The translations under genes and the position numbers were made by a program. The notes beneath the pieces were generated by a model. The model ran no database searches. It was not told the origin of the DNA and saw only the letters and a list, made by a program, of their open reading frames with translations. Below, one piece after another: positions 1 to 12,800 of a DNA stretch of 64,000 nt. This stretch comes from Chiloscyllium plagiosum. Taxonomy: Eukaryota. The stretch spans positions 45,231,419 to 45,295,418 of the forward strand of contig NC_057728.1 of the NCBI RefSeq assembly GCF_004010195.1, read 5' to 3'. The stretch's first letter is position 1, and each line of letters begins with the position of its first letter.

Positions 1-337
1 GTCACCTTTTTTATATAAAACCTTAAGTTATCTTGGGAATGTGACTTGAAAGAAGTTCTGGGATTTACTTATTAATGAATCAAAACCTGCAACCCCATTT
101 TGAGTGATTAAAGACATATCAGCAATCTAGGTTTGCTCAATACATTGCATCAGTTGTATGACACTTTGATCTTTTACTATAAATTCTATGTCCTAGGATC
201 TTGTCCCACGAGCTACCTGACAAAGAAGCAGTGCTCTGAAAGCTTGTACTTCCAAATAAACCCATTGGACTTTAACCTGGTCTTGTGTAATTTTTAACTT
301 TGTCCACCCCTGTCTAACACCAGTACCTCCACATCAT
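1..337 (+). mobile_element. Penelope-like element 3' end/pLTR (family B) with degenerate hammerhead motif
   Basis: cctgacaaagaagcagtgctctgaaagc...aaataaacccattggactttaacctgg matches copies at 34290-34365, 53636-53757 and 60167-60295. Confidence 0.6.
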
Positions 338-699
338 TCAGAATTCCAGGCAGTGCATTTCAGACTCTGGTGACGCACTGTGAGTCTTCTAGTTACACCA
401 GAAGGGTGAATATCTAACTCCGTCTTGGATCACTTGCACTTGAAGGAACACAGACTCAACACTGGAAACTGGTCAATACAATTTCATTAGTTTTATGTCA
501 CCTGCAGGCATTGAAGTTAAACTTCCTGGGAGACCAGTCCACCCTCATCATTATATATCAAAGAGAACTGGAGTTATAAAATCAACCATTACGCATAACT
601 GTAATGATTATAAAATCAACCATTGCACCTTACTCCCACCACACTATCCAGTTTGGAAAACAGCCCTTCATTGATTATTATTCTGTATTTGACTTTGGA

Positions 700-1235
700 T
701 CAGTCTGTCATTGGTCGTCCCTTGCAGACGAGGGTGACTCTCTTCCTTTCTCAGAGTGAGCCGGTATGTAGCTGTGCAGTCCAAGGTGGCTTCTGCAAGT
801 TCTGTTACACTTGGGACAGAAGGTGGTCACGGGAAGGGGTGTGTGGAGCATTGGTGTGACAGCCCACACCTTATGCTATTTTCTTCTTGCTTCTGCTTTT
901 TCCCAACTTAAGTCTCGAGATGCTCGTCGCCTTCCTGAATGCTCTTCCTCCACTTTGGACGGTCTTGGGCCAGTGGTTCCCAGGTGCCTATGGAAATGCT
1001 GCACTTCACCAGTGAGGCATTGCGGGCATAGCTGAAGTATTTCCTCTGTCCACCTGGGGCTCACCTGCTTTGGAGCTGGGAGTAGAGCATCTGCTTGGGG
1101 AAATCTTGTTTCAGTCATGCGGACAACATGCCCAGCCCATCATAACTGATCAAGGTGGGGTCATTGGCCTGGCTGAGGATGTTTCCTTCCCAGCGGATTC
1201 TCAGGACCTTCAGCAGGCAGCGTTGGTGAAATCTG
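700..1235 (-). mobile_element. RTE-clade LINE 3' fragment, degraded
   Basis: The minus strand reads FHQRCLLKVLRIRWE...WAGHVVRMTETRFP(K)QMLYS, a typical RTE ORF C-terminus with frameshifts. Confidence 0.7.
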
Positions 1236-1339
1236 GCTCACCTGAATCTCCAAACCCACCGGCCTGAGTGTTAGGAGCAGTGTTGGGGCCCAGGGACCCG
1301 AAGGTGAGGAGAACATTTTGTTTTTTGCTTTGTTAAATG

Positions 1340-1560
1340 GCCAAATGCCATGTCCCTCGCGGGCGCGCGAAGGAGGCTCCTGGCGCGCGCATGGGAGGGA
1401 CAGGGCGGCGCTCCCGACTCACCGGGGTGCGCGTACGCACCGCCAGTGCCCGCGCACGGCGGGGGAGGGCGGGTCGGCGAGCGGACGCTGCCATGGTAAC
1501 CGGCTTGTGGTGCCTGCAGCTGGACAAGGGCCGTGCCGCCACAGGTAAACGGAAACGCAC
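1340..1560 (+). promoter_or_regulatory. CpG-island promoter with GC box, NRF1-like motifs and RFX X-box
   Basis: Dense CpG/GC stretch in an AT-rich background. GGGCGG at 1467-1472, GCGCGCATG and TGCGCGTACGCA NRF1-like motifs, and X-box GCTGCCATGGTAAC at 1487-1500. Confidence 0.75.
1480..1544 (+). other. LRRIQ1: Probable non-coding first exon of LRRIQ1 (start approximate)
   Basis: Donor ACAG|GTAAAC at 1544/1545 at the edge of the CpG island. The next exon has an acceptor (ttttaacag|G at 3691) only 6 nt before the ATG, so an upstream exon is required. Confidence 0.6.
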
Positions 1561-2473
1561 ACCCTTCAGGGACAGCGGGAGGGGGAAGAGAGGGCAAAAA
1601 GGAAGGATTAAATAATGAAATCCTGAAGTGCATCATTCAGCAAACTGGGGGGAGGGGTGTGTTGTGTGGAGAGGGTGGGAGTGGGCTGTAAAGAGAAGGA
1701 AGGGGGCTGAGGGGAAGTTCAGTCCCCTCCAGGGGCTGATTGATTCCTCTGTGACAGTTCGGTGTCAGTCCGCCCTGACGGTGTAATTCTCTGGCTGGCT
1801 TTGCAATTGCGGGTTTCCGCAGTTGGGGGGGGGAAGGAGGGACAGTTGTCTCTGAAATTCAAAAATCCAGGGATTGATCAACATGGAATGAAACTGGACC
1901 GAGCCTGCTATCGCTGTCCGCTGTCAGTGCCTTTCCCGTCACTGCTCAGTTTGTGTTCATTCCCTCTTCCCAGTTCTCTTGTGAGACCAACAGAGCTCTC
2001 ATGCTTCAACTACTCGGGGCCAACAGACTCTTCAACCCCTCTCTCCCCCCCCAAGAGGCCAAGATGCAGAAAACGCCGCACTCATTCCGCGGGGATTAAA
2101 TGTATCAGCTCAGCGTCTTTTACAAACCATAACTCCTCTCAGCAGATTCAAACTGTGAGTAAATTAAAAAGAAAACATGTTGCCATAGCCTCAGAGGGTT
2201 GTGCTCCTAGGAGAGGCCACCGGTGGTGTTTCATATTGAATCCGTTCGGAGATGTTACCCCACCCTCCCACCTTATTCCCTGGTGGCAAAGTTTGCAACA
2301 TGGCTCAAAGACAGGTTAGAAATTATTGTACATGGTGAGGACGACTAAGCAAAGGTGCAACCAGATGTCTATTGGTTAAGTGAGTAGGCAAAAATCTGGC
2401 AGATGGGAGTAAAAGGTGAGGTTGTTCACTTTGGCTGGAAGAATGAAAAAGGCAGAATGTTAAACAGAGGACT

Positions 2474-2531
2474 GGGGCATCATGTTAGATCACTGGTTAG
2501 CACTGCTGCCTCACAGCACCAGGGACCCAGG
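2474..2531 (+). mobile_element. HE1/V-SINE-like tRNA head fragment
   Basis: tggttagcactgctgcctcacagcaccagggacccagg, as in the full SINE copies. Confidence 0.7.
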
Positions 2532-2534
2532 ATT

Positions 2535-3338
2535 GATGGAGTTTACTTTCAATGAATGTGAGGTGCTGTATTTTGGAAAGGCAAATCAGGGCAGGACTTA
2601 TACACTTAATGGTGAGGTCCAGGGGAGTTTTGCTGATCAAAAAGACCTTCGAGTGCAGGTTCATAGCTCCTTGAAAGTGGAGTCTCAGATAGATAGGATA
2701 GTGATGTGGTGTTTGGTATGCTTTCCTTTATTGGTCAGAGTATTGAGTACAGGAGTTGGGAGGTCATGTTGCTGCTGTACTGGACATTGGTTGGGCCACT
2801 TTTGGAATATTGTGTGCAATTTGGGTCTCCCTCCTCTAGAAGGATGTTGTGAAACATGAAAGGGTTCAGAAAAGATTTACAAGGATGTTACTAGGATTGG
2901 AGGGTTTGAGCTGTAAGGAGAAGCTGAATCAGCTGGGGCTGTTTTCCTTGGAGCATCAGAGGCTGAGGGGTGACCTTATAGAGGTTTATAAAATCATGAG
3001 TGGGATGGAGGGGCTAAGTAGACAAGGTCTTTTCCTTGGGTTGGGGGAGTCCAGAACTAGAGGACAGGTTTAGGATGAGATGTGAAAGATTTAAAAGGGA
3101 CCTGAGGAACAACTTTTTCACGTAAAGGGTGGTGCATGTATGGGAATAAGCTGCCAGAGGACGTGGTGGAGGGTGGTCCAATTACAACATTTAAAAGACA
3201 TTTGGATGGGTACACGAATAAAAAGGGTTTAGAGACATCTGGGCCAAGTGCTGGCAAGTGGGATTAATTTAGGATATCTGATCGGCATGGACGAGTTGGA
3301 CTAAAGGGTTTATTTTAGTACTGAACATGGGTCTATAA
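2535..3338 (+). mobile_element. CR1 LINE 3' fragment
   Basis: ORF pieces CEVLYFGKANQGRTYTLNG, ERVQKRFTRML and RLRGDLIEVYKIM, followed by a CR1 3' tail. Confidence 0.9.
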
Positions 3339-3696
3339 CTGAATATAGATGAGCATCAAACATCATTCAGAAAATATTAACTGTTTATGGAAACCCCTTT
3401 GGAAGTTACAAAACAATGGTATATGGTTCCTGGTATATGGCATGTTATCCCTGCCCCAATCCTGCACTACAGTCAAATTATTGTCAGAGCACCTTATTAT
3501 CTTTGCTGTTTCATCATCTGCTTCTGTATACCTATCCTTGTTCCTCACTCCTTGTGTTACTATTGTGCTGTGTGACACTGTTAGCGGACAATGGTCTTGG
3601 ACCAGTTAGTCATTTTTCTTTGCTGTAACTGCCAGTTCAGATTTATTACCAACAAATAGTTAATGTTCAAATACTCTAATTTTTTAACAGGAAATA

Positions 3697-3822
3697 ATGG
3701 ATGAAGACAAACTGATTGAAGAAGCAGTTGAAGCTGAATTAAGACAAATCAACATTTCCCCATCAGAAATAGATGAACTGGAGGAGCAATCTGAAGAAGA
3801 CATTCTTGTTGAATCAGATTAT
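3697..3822 (+). CDS. LRRIQ1: LRRIQ1 coding exon 1 (MDEDKLIEEAVEAELRQINIS...ESDY); exon starts at 3691
   Basis: Acceptor ends 3690, ATG at 3697, donor GTGAGC at 3823, phase 0. Confidence 0.88.
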
Positions 3823-6800
3823 GTGAGCTGAAATTTGTGACAAAATTATATTTAAATGTTAAATCGTTAAGCCTTCGACCCACTTTGTAATATAACTTGT
3901 CAAATTTTGCTTTTTGTACCAACAGTGTTATCTATAATGAGAATACATTTCATTATTTGCAAAGCATGTATTTAGTAAGTCAATTGCAAAATAAGGAGAA
4001 TGATGAGTTTGCAGTTTTTTGAAATCCAGATGTAAACAAATCTAATTATGCTTTGCCAAAGAAGGCACAAAAACATGTGTACAGGATAAATGAATAGTTT
4101 TTGCATAACACATCAATAAATTCTGTGAAAAACTGGATATTTTCTGTCAGAAATATGTATTTTGTTTGCACAATACACTTGCTTATTGTTTCTTACTTTA
4201 AAGAAATGTTAATTTTATCTACTGTTTATTTGTGACAGATTTACAAATGTAGTTCTAATGAGACGCTTTATGAGAATAACTGAAATTGCATTTCAAAAGG
4301 TCATAAACAGTTGGGAGTAATTTTGACTCCATTAATCTCAGTTGTAATGAAAATCATAGGAGTTGTTTAACATGTTGCCAAACTAACAGATTGCAGTTTA
4401 AACCATGGTTCAAAGCTAAATTCACCCCCATTAAATAACATTTGAGAGCAAGTGGTTGAACCAATCCTATTGTGGTCATTTACAAAAGAAATTCAGTCAG
4501 TTATGTACAATCAAGGAGTTTAAAAAAGAAACTTTTTCTCATCAAAGGTGAGCATAAAAAAAAACCATTTAATGCTGGGCATTACCTTCGAGTAAGGAAG
4601 CAGATTCATCCTTTAAGTTTAGTGAATTGCTAAATTTCACTTAAAGGCTGATGGTAAGGAGATCACATCCATGCTGCTTTCTTCTAAAATTTATCCAAAT
4701 TACAGTAAAGTGGACTGAAAATAGGTCAGTTGACTATACTTTCAGAAATGGAACATTTGAAGGAACTTGGGAAGTGAAAAAAATAAAGGAATAGGATCAA
4801 AAATATGTGCCTGTTTAACTTCATCCTAAACAGATACATCAATAAAGTTAATAGCTATTGATTTGTACAGAGCTGATGTACCCAGTAAATGATTCCCATC
4901 TATTATTATTTCTCTTTTATGGTTGTATTTGATGATACAAATCAACAGTTTCAGAAGACTCATAAATATAGTGAAATATATTGAGAGTCATGTTGCAGTA
5001 GATTATGCTACTGGCTATTTAAATGTTTTAGGTTCATGTAATTTAAGTGTATTTGATAACTGAATTCTTCTTTAGGATTCAGATGAATTACCCAAATCTG
5101 TCCTTGACTACCTGGAGCATATAAAACAAAGAACTGGAAATGTCGAAAAGCTGATTCTCCAGGACCTGGAGCAACCTGACTGTAAGTGAATTTATGCAAC
5201 ACTGCCCAAATTCATCCCATGCTTTATCAGAATGAAAAGGCCATAATTGCATTGGGAAAATTATTGAGAAATATTTAAAAAACCTTATTTGCAATGATGG
5301 TGGAATTGCTGCTTGTAGGGTTTGACAAATGTCAATTTTCTAAATAGGAACATGGGTCAAAAATATTTTGTTTAATTTCATTTGAAGATGCATGAAATTG
5401 TATTCACTTGGTCCTTCCTCCAACAATACATTTGAATTTAAAAACTACAAGGAAAGACTTCTTTGCTTTATTTACATTCCCAGGTTCTGTTTTCTCAACA
5501 GAAGAAATATTTTACAACATGATACAATTCTAGGATTCCAATTATAAAAAATTGGGTTGTTTTTAATTTATTGAGTACATTCAACAGTAGTTTAATAAAC
5601 AAGTTGCGTTTTGTGTAATCCAGAAGCTCTGGAGGACACTATAGGAAGAAATTAATAACTTGTAAGAACGTTTTTCCTTTCTACATGAACATGTTTATCA
5701 AATTTGGTTGAAACTGTGTGGGAATTACTTTGAAGTTATTTATTGTTTATTGTTAATTTTAGACCATATGACCTAAGACATAGAAACAAAGATTAGGCCA
5801 TTCAGCCCATCAAGTCTGCTCTGCCTGTCAATCATGGCTAAGTTTCTCAACTCATTGTCCCATGTTTTTGCCATAATTCTTGATCCCCTTGACAAATCTC
5901 CATCTTAAATATACTCAATGACCTGGCCTCCACAGCCTTCTGTGGCAGTGAATTCCATAGATTCACCACTCTGTGGCTGAAGAAGTTTCTCCTTGTCTCC
6001 ATTCTGAAATGTCTTCCCTTCAAAGGCTGTGTCCTCAGGTCCTAGTCTTTCCTATCAATTAAGACATCTTCCCAACATCTACTCTGTCCAGGCCATTCAG
6101 TATTCTGTGAGTTTCAACTAGTTTCATGCCCATCCTTCTAAACTGCATAAAATTTTACTCATTTCTCATTTCATCTTTTCATTTTAAGTGTATTGTGTTA
6201 ACCTTTAACAGCTGCGAGACTGGGAGGATAAGGTTTTCTTTTCATAGGCACTGAATGGAAATTCTTTTATGTAAGCATTATGAATCTATGAATATTCAAA
6301 ATTCAACTGATTCTGCCATTCAATGCCAGAAACCTTTGTTCATTTATTGTTGAAGTATAAAAGCCTGATCACTATAGCATAATTTAATAACTAATTGTAC
6401 ATTAACTACTTGGGTAAGATGATGGACATGCAGCAAATCATTGATGGTTGTCGATAGGATAGCTTTATATTGTGTCCTTTTGTAATGAATTAAGACACCA
6501 ATCCATCAAAGGAAAATTCTAGTGTCATATTATGCAGTGGTTGTCAGGAGTTTCTGAGAGTTCTTGTTTTTGATATTTCTGCCCCTTGCTGAATTGTTGC
6601 AGTCTCTGATCATGATGGTTAGTGATCTCATTTTCTTTTGTTGTCAGCTATAAGTCTCAGGTATAAAGATTGATGCTTAGTATTTCATATCATGCCTGAA
6701 ATGTAACTCTGGGTATTTTAATGGTCATCTGGCTCTGGCTACCTTGCTATATGTGACCGTTTTCCATCCTGTGAATATGCCTGAGCCAGCAAAGTCATAT

Positions 6801-9800
6801 AAGGTTTACCATTGAAATTACTGCACATTTGACAGTTAGTCAAAATTGGCAAAAGCTGTATAATATATGGGTGTGTATCAATGAAATTAAAGCTAATATC
6901 TAATATAACCCCCTAACCTTTGAGTGAAATACCAGTCTGTAAATGCTCTAAGACCACAAGAGAGACATTTAAGACCATAAGACATAGGAGCAGAAATTAG
7001 GCCATTTGGCCCATCGATCCTACTATGCCATTCAATCATAGTTGATAAGTTTCTCAACCCCCAATCTCCTGCTTTCTCCCCGTAGCCTTTGATCCCCTTG
7101 ACAATCAAGAATCTATCTATTTCTGTCTTAAATATATTCAATGACCTGGCCTCCACAGCCTTCAACACTCTCTGTCTGAAGAGGTTTCTCCTCATCTCTG
7201 TTCTAAAGGGTCTTCCCTTTACTCTAAGGCTGTGCCATTGGTTCCTAGTCCCTCCTGCTAATGGAAACATCTTTCCAACATCTATTCTGTCCAGGCCATT
7301 TAGTATTCTGTAAGTTTCAATTAGGTCCCTCCTTATTCTTGTAACTCCATTCAGGGGATCAAATTGAAACTTACAGAATTCTGCCGGAAAGTCTGGTGGA
7401 GTGCACAGGCAGCTGACCTGCTACCGTCTGGTTTAAATCCTTATCGAAGGTTAAGAATCCCCCAGCATGGAGTTTAACTTGAATTTATCTTGCATTAATT
7501 GTCTACAAAATATTATTGTTAATAAAAGCATAGGGACAGTGTTTCAGCTCTGTCCATGTCTCAAATCTATTGTCACCTGAAGACTTGTTGAGAATCCCAT
7601 GGCATCTCTTCAGGAACGCCTGATGTGCCAATCAGACAATGTGTTCTTAGTGATATCTTGGGTTTGCAGATGCTGTTTATCCTGAGCGCAGTTATCCTGG
7701 AACAGACATGTTGATGGAATTAGCTGCTGAGTTCGGTGAAGATCATTTGAACCTGAAAGAGAAGGTAATATCACTTATCAATTTCATATTTGTATTTGTA
7801 AGAAGATCTACAGTCTGATTATTGCATCTTTTGATTTTATTTATACTATTTATTGAACATCTAAGTCCTTTTCCGTCTTACAACCTTATGCAAAAATAGT
7901 CATTGTGAAAAATTGACAAACGTTTTGCTTCGAGCTAAAATACTTAGCGTATCTTTTCTTTAACTCAACACATTTTTCAACATGGTCAGTTGGGGTGGGC
8001 CATAATGAATCATTGGGGTCTGCTCAGTGAAAGTGATGTAATAGTGAAGTTGGGGAAGTCAGTTGTGGGCACAGGGAGTAGCATGCTGAGATATAGAGGG
8101 AATTATAAATGCGAATGAGGACACTCAGTACATAACTCATAGAATCCCAACAGTTCAGAAACAGGTCATTAAACCCATTGAATCCACACTGATCCTCAGA
8201 AGAGCATCTCATCCACACACAGCCCCCTATCCTATCCCCGTAACGCCGCATTTACCATGGCTAATCCACCCAGCCTAAACATCCCTGGCCATGATAGAAC
8301 AATTGAACATAGCAAATCTACCTAAGGCATACATCTTTGGACTGTGAGATGAAACCAGACTACCTGGCGGAAACGCACGCAGGTACAGGGAGAACGTATA
8401 AACTTCACACAGTTATGCAAGACTGAAATCAAACCTGGGACCCTGGCCCTGAGAGGCAGTAGTACTAACCACTGAGCCACTGTGTTGCCCAAGGGGAAAA
8501 TATTGGGGACAGATGGTGCATTGGAGCACATTGCTGTTGGCTCACAACCACCCTGGCTTCAATAGGTAAAAGCAGCATTGTGAATAACTGGTATAGCTAA
8601 GCTCTGGATTAGTGGTGCTGGAAGAGCACAGCAGTTCAGGCAGCATCCAAGGAGCTTCGAAATCGACGTTTCGGGCAAAAGCCCTTCATCAGGGCTTTTG
8701 CCCGAAACATTGATTTCAAAGCTCCTTAGATGCTGCCTGAACTGCTGTGTTCTTCCAGCACCACTAATCCAGAATCTGGTTTCCAGCATCTGCAGTCATT
8801 GTTTTTACCTGGTATAGCTAAGCTGTAAGGCCAGGGCTCCGTAATTTTGGGAAATGAAGATATAAATCAATAAATTAGGTGTGAGATACTATCATAAAAA
8901 TGAATTGTACATGCAACAAATGAGGGAGCAGTTGAAGCAACTGATTAATGGATTCAGTCTTGATGAAGAAATCCAAGAGCTCTTTTCACTTGACTTTGAA
9001 CATGAAGTTGTAATAAGATCAGAGAAGGTGGATTGAAAGAGTTGGTTTGTTCTGGAGAAAATAATGTGGGGATTATCTTGGGTTGCCAAGACATTCTTAC
9101 GCTATATTGCATTGTTTTCACAGAGGAGTATGTGGCCAAGTATGTGCATTTGAGGTGAATGGATAGTAGAGGATAATATGCAAATGAAATATGCAATTGT
9201 TGAGATGATCTCAAAGTCAGTTCTTTTGGGTGCATAAGATTATGCTGTAAGAAAAGTGTAATAAGATGCTTGAAATCTGCAAGTGGTCTGAACTTCAGAA
9301 TGTTGGTATTTGATTTTAATTTATCACAGCAAAATCATTGGACACATGTACCAGTTTTCATTGATTTCTTTAGATACTGGTCCAAATTGAAGAAGAAGAA
9401 CAAAGGATGCAGACCCATGTAGAACCGCAACAGAATATGGGCACCAGTGTTCAGATGAAGACAGGCAGTCATTGTGCTGAGAATGAAACAATGCCAGGTA
9501 AAATTTAAAGTTGTAAATGTAATACAGAAAGTTCTCCTATAACGCCGTTGTTGTGTTCCAGCACAACCTTGCTGAATCAAAAATTGTTTCATAGAAATAA
9601 TGGGGCCTATGGGAAAAGTGAGGTTAGGGGCAGACCAGCAAAAAATATCACTCACAATTGCTCAAAAATCATCACAAAATCTAACACAAAGTATAGCTCA
9701 GCCTGAATAAAGGTTGAAATTATATTTATTAACAAAACAAAAGTAAATTAGAGTACATCTCTGTACAGTACTTCTCACAGAAAGCTGCTCTGTTGGACAT

Positions 9801-12800
9801 CGTGCATGCACTGAATGGTAAGAAGGCTGGTGCTGACATTGTGCATGCACTGAATGGTAAGAAGGCTGGTGCTGACATCGCGCATGCACAGAATGGCGCA
9901 GAGAGTTTGGCATGGACATCAGCACATGCGCAGAACATGCAGAGATTCCAGTGTGTACAGTGGCGCATGCGCAGAAAGAAGTGCCTGAACTAAACCCCGC
10001 TGGAATCGTGCTATTGCCAACGGAAGTAAGTGTTCTTGAAAACACTGTTACTCTAATTCTTCAGCGACGTTACAGCCAAATCGGACTGCCAAAACACGCA
10101 TTGTCCCAAAGCTACCTGTACTTAAGCCAGGACTTCCCAAAATGTTGGTTCTATCACCCATTGGGTCAGGCAGCAAAGGTTTGAGATCACAAGGGACAAT
10201 GCAGCAATGGTGTAAAAACAATGACTGCAGATGCAGAGCGCTTTAGGGAACATCTCCGGGACACCCGCACCAATCAACCACACCGCCCCGTGGCCCAATA
10301 TTTCAACTCCCACTCCCACTCTGCCGAGGACATGGAGGTCCTGGGCCCCCTTCACCGCCGCTCCCTTACCACCAAACGCCTGGAGGAAGAACGCCTCATC
10401 TTCCGCCTCGGAACACTTCAACCCCAGGGCACCAATGTGGACTTCAACAGTTTCCTCATTTCTCCTTCCCCCACCTCACCCTAGTTCCAAACTTCCAGCT
10501 CAGCACTGTCTCCATGACTTGTCCGACTTGTCCTACCTGCCTATCTCCTTTTCCACCTATCCACTCCACCCTCTCCTCTCTGACCTCTCACCTTCATCCC
10601 CTCCCCCACTCACCCATTGTACTCTATGCTACTTTCTCCCTACCCCCACCCTCCTCTAATTTATCTCTCCATGCTTCAGGCTCACTGCCTTTATTCCTGA
10701 TGAAGGGCTTTTGCCCGAAATGTCGATTTCGAAGCTCCTTGGATGCTGCCTGAACTGCTGTGCTCTTCCAGCACCACTAATCCACAATGCAGCAATGGCT
10801 ATCATGGAACTCTGACCAAGCGACAACAGCCACGTGGTCCCTTTAAATCTTGCATTCTTTTGAGTAGAGAACATGGCTTAACTGTCCAATCTTTTTAGAT
10901 CAGAATCCTGTTCAAAAAACCTTTTCAGAAAGGTCAGTGATTTCAGTTGAAAACTCCTGTTGTTTATTCAGATAACCCTAGCAACCCCAACTCAAACCCT
11001 GCACCCACCCTGTTGCTGTTACAGACACCTCCCAACTGTTACAGCCAATATAATTGAACATTAACTCTTTCACAACCATTACCTTGACAACAAGTCGTAT
11101 CTAAATTGTGATCTATTAATATATTCATTGAGTTATATGAGTTAATGAATATACCAAATACTTTTAAGTACTTTAAGTGGACTCAATTGTCCAAAGTCCA
11201 TTCAGACATCCTGTATTTTCACAGCATGTTGCATTACTGTAATCCCTGCAGTCAAAATTCTAGAATATTGAAGTCTGAAAGGACAGAAGTCTGGATTATT
11301 GGTGCGTAGTTGTTGGAGAGACAGTGAAGAGGCATGTGGCAATACCTGGAAATTGAGGGCCACAGATACCTTCAGTGCAATAGTAATGGTATGGGGAGCA
11401 GTTTATAATGCACAAGACCTTTCTGCATCATGTGTCTTATTATTTCTCTTGAAGTTTGGACATTTTGTTCGGATTGCTTCTTGGTTATGTTAAGAAAATT
11501 TGTTTGGCAACGTTACATCCTTTGCTCAGGGTAATATCTCCTCCTTCTTCTTCCTGCTGCTATATTGTTACTCTGCCTGTTGTATACTGGAAACCTGACT
11601 CTGCCTGCTTGTTGCTGCCCTTCCTCTATTACTTGTTTTTGGGAAGGTGCTGTGCGTATCTTGTTCTGAGTACCTTTGTTCACTGCATACCTTTCTTCCA
11701 GTGAGCCTGACATATCTGTCTTGCTTCCCTAATTGACTGCTTGAATTGAGGAATCACTGAATCATTCAGCTAAGCCTCAAGATTGTTAGTCCATAACATA
11801 AACTCTGTACTCCGGGCTACATCCAACTTCACAATTCATCCCCAAAAAAGGACAAAGACACCTGTCTCCACTCCACCTCATTCTGTAATGTTTGCGATTC
11901 CTTTCACCTAATTTTTTCATTTCTACCTTGAAATTCTAATGTTTTAAATTAATGCATTATCTCATTGTAAGAAATTAGACAGATTTTCTGGAACTCCAAA
12001 TGCACCACATTGATATGTAACATTATCAGCAGTGGTTGTATATGATTATGAAAGTTAGATAATAAGGACAAGAGAACTTAAAATTGCCACAGTTGCTGGA
12101 CACCACAAGTGAAATTATGAGAAAGTGAGGACTGCAGATACTGGAGACCAGAGTTGAAAAATGTGGTGCTGGAAAAACACAGCAGGCCAGGCAGCATCCG
12201 AGGAGCAGGAGAATCGACGTTTCGGGCAAAAGCCCTTCCTCATTTTTGAAAAAGGGCTTATGTCCGAAACGTCGATTCTCTTGCTCCTCGGATGCTGCCT
12301 GGCCTGCTGTGTTTTTCCAGCACCACATTTTTCAACATAAGTGAAATTATGCTTCGCAAGTGCCACACTATGATGATCATCTTTCACCCACCTGTTTTCA
12401 TCATTTTACAGCTTTTAAAAAAAATACTTGTTCATATGATGCATTTATTTCTGTGACAGGGATGTTAAAAAGTATTCATGTACAGGATGCGGATGTTGTT
12501 GGCAAAGCCAGCATTTGTTGATTATCTCCAGCTGCCTTTGAGAAGATAAGGTTAGGCTATGTTATTGAACTATCACAATCCTCAGTGCTTTGAATGGGAG
12601 TTGCAGTATTTACAGTTTGTACTGTTCCCATGTTCTGATGCTCTTGTCCTATATAGCTGGGGCTTAAATGGTGCCATTAAAGGTGGGTTGGTGCAACACA
12701 TCATTCATATAATATGCACTAATACCATCATTCTTCATTGGTGGAGGGAGTAAATGTTGAAGGTGGAATGCTAATCCAAATAAGTTGCTTTGTGCAGGAT

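Noticed and set aside
574..625. Short direct repeat ttataaaatcaaccatt x2
   Set aside because: Small local duplication with no further structure.
1295..1312. Donor-like GAAG|GTGAGG upstream of the CpG island core
   Set aside because: No supporting promoter or exon evidence. May be chance.
1271..1636. Overlapping Arg/Ala/Pro-rich ORFs on both strands
   Set aside because: By-products of CpG-island composition.
1762..2319. 185-aa ORF in intron 1
   Set aside because: No ATG start, no recognisable domain, and it lies in a GC-rich promoter flank where long chance ORFs are common.
8440..8490. tRNA-like sequences at SINE heads (also near 13150, 16235, 21350, 54120)
   Set aside because: They carry A/B boxes but continue into SINE bodies. 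No complete cloverleaf was found, so they are not called tRNA genes.
9796..9975. Regular repeats resembling a CRISPR array
   Set aside because: Head-to-tail minisatellite without unique spacers, inside a transposon in a vertebrate genome.
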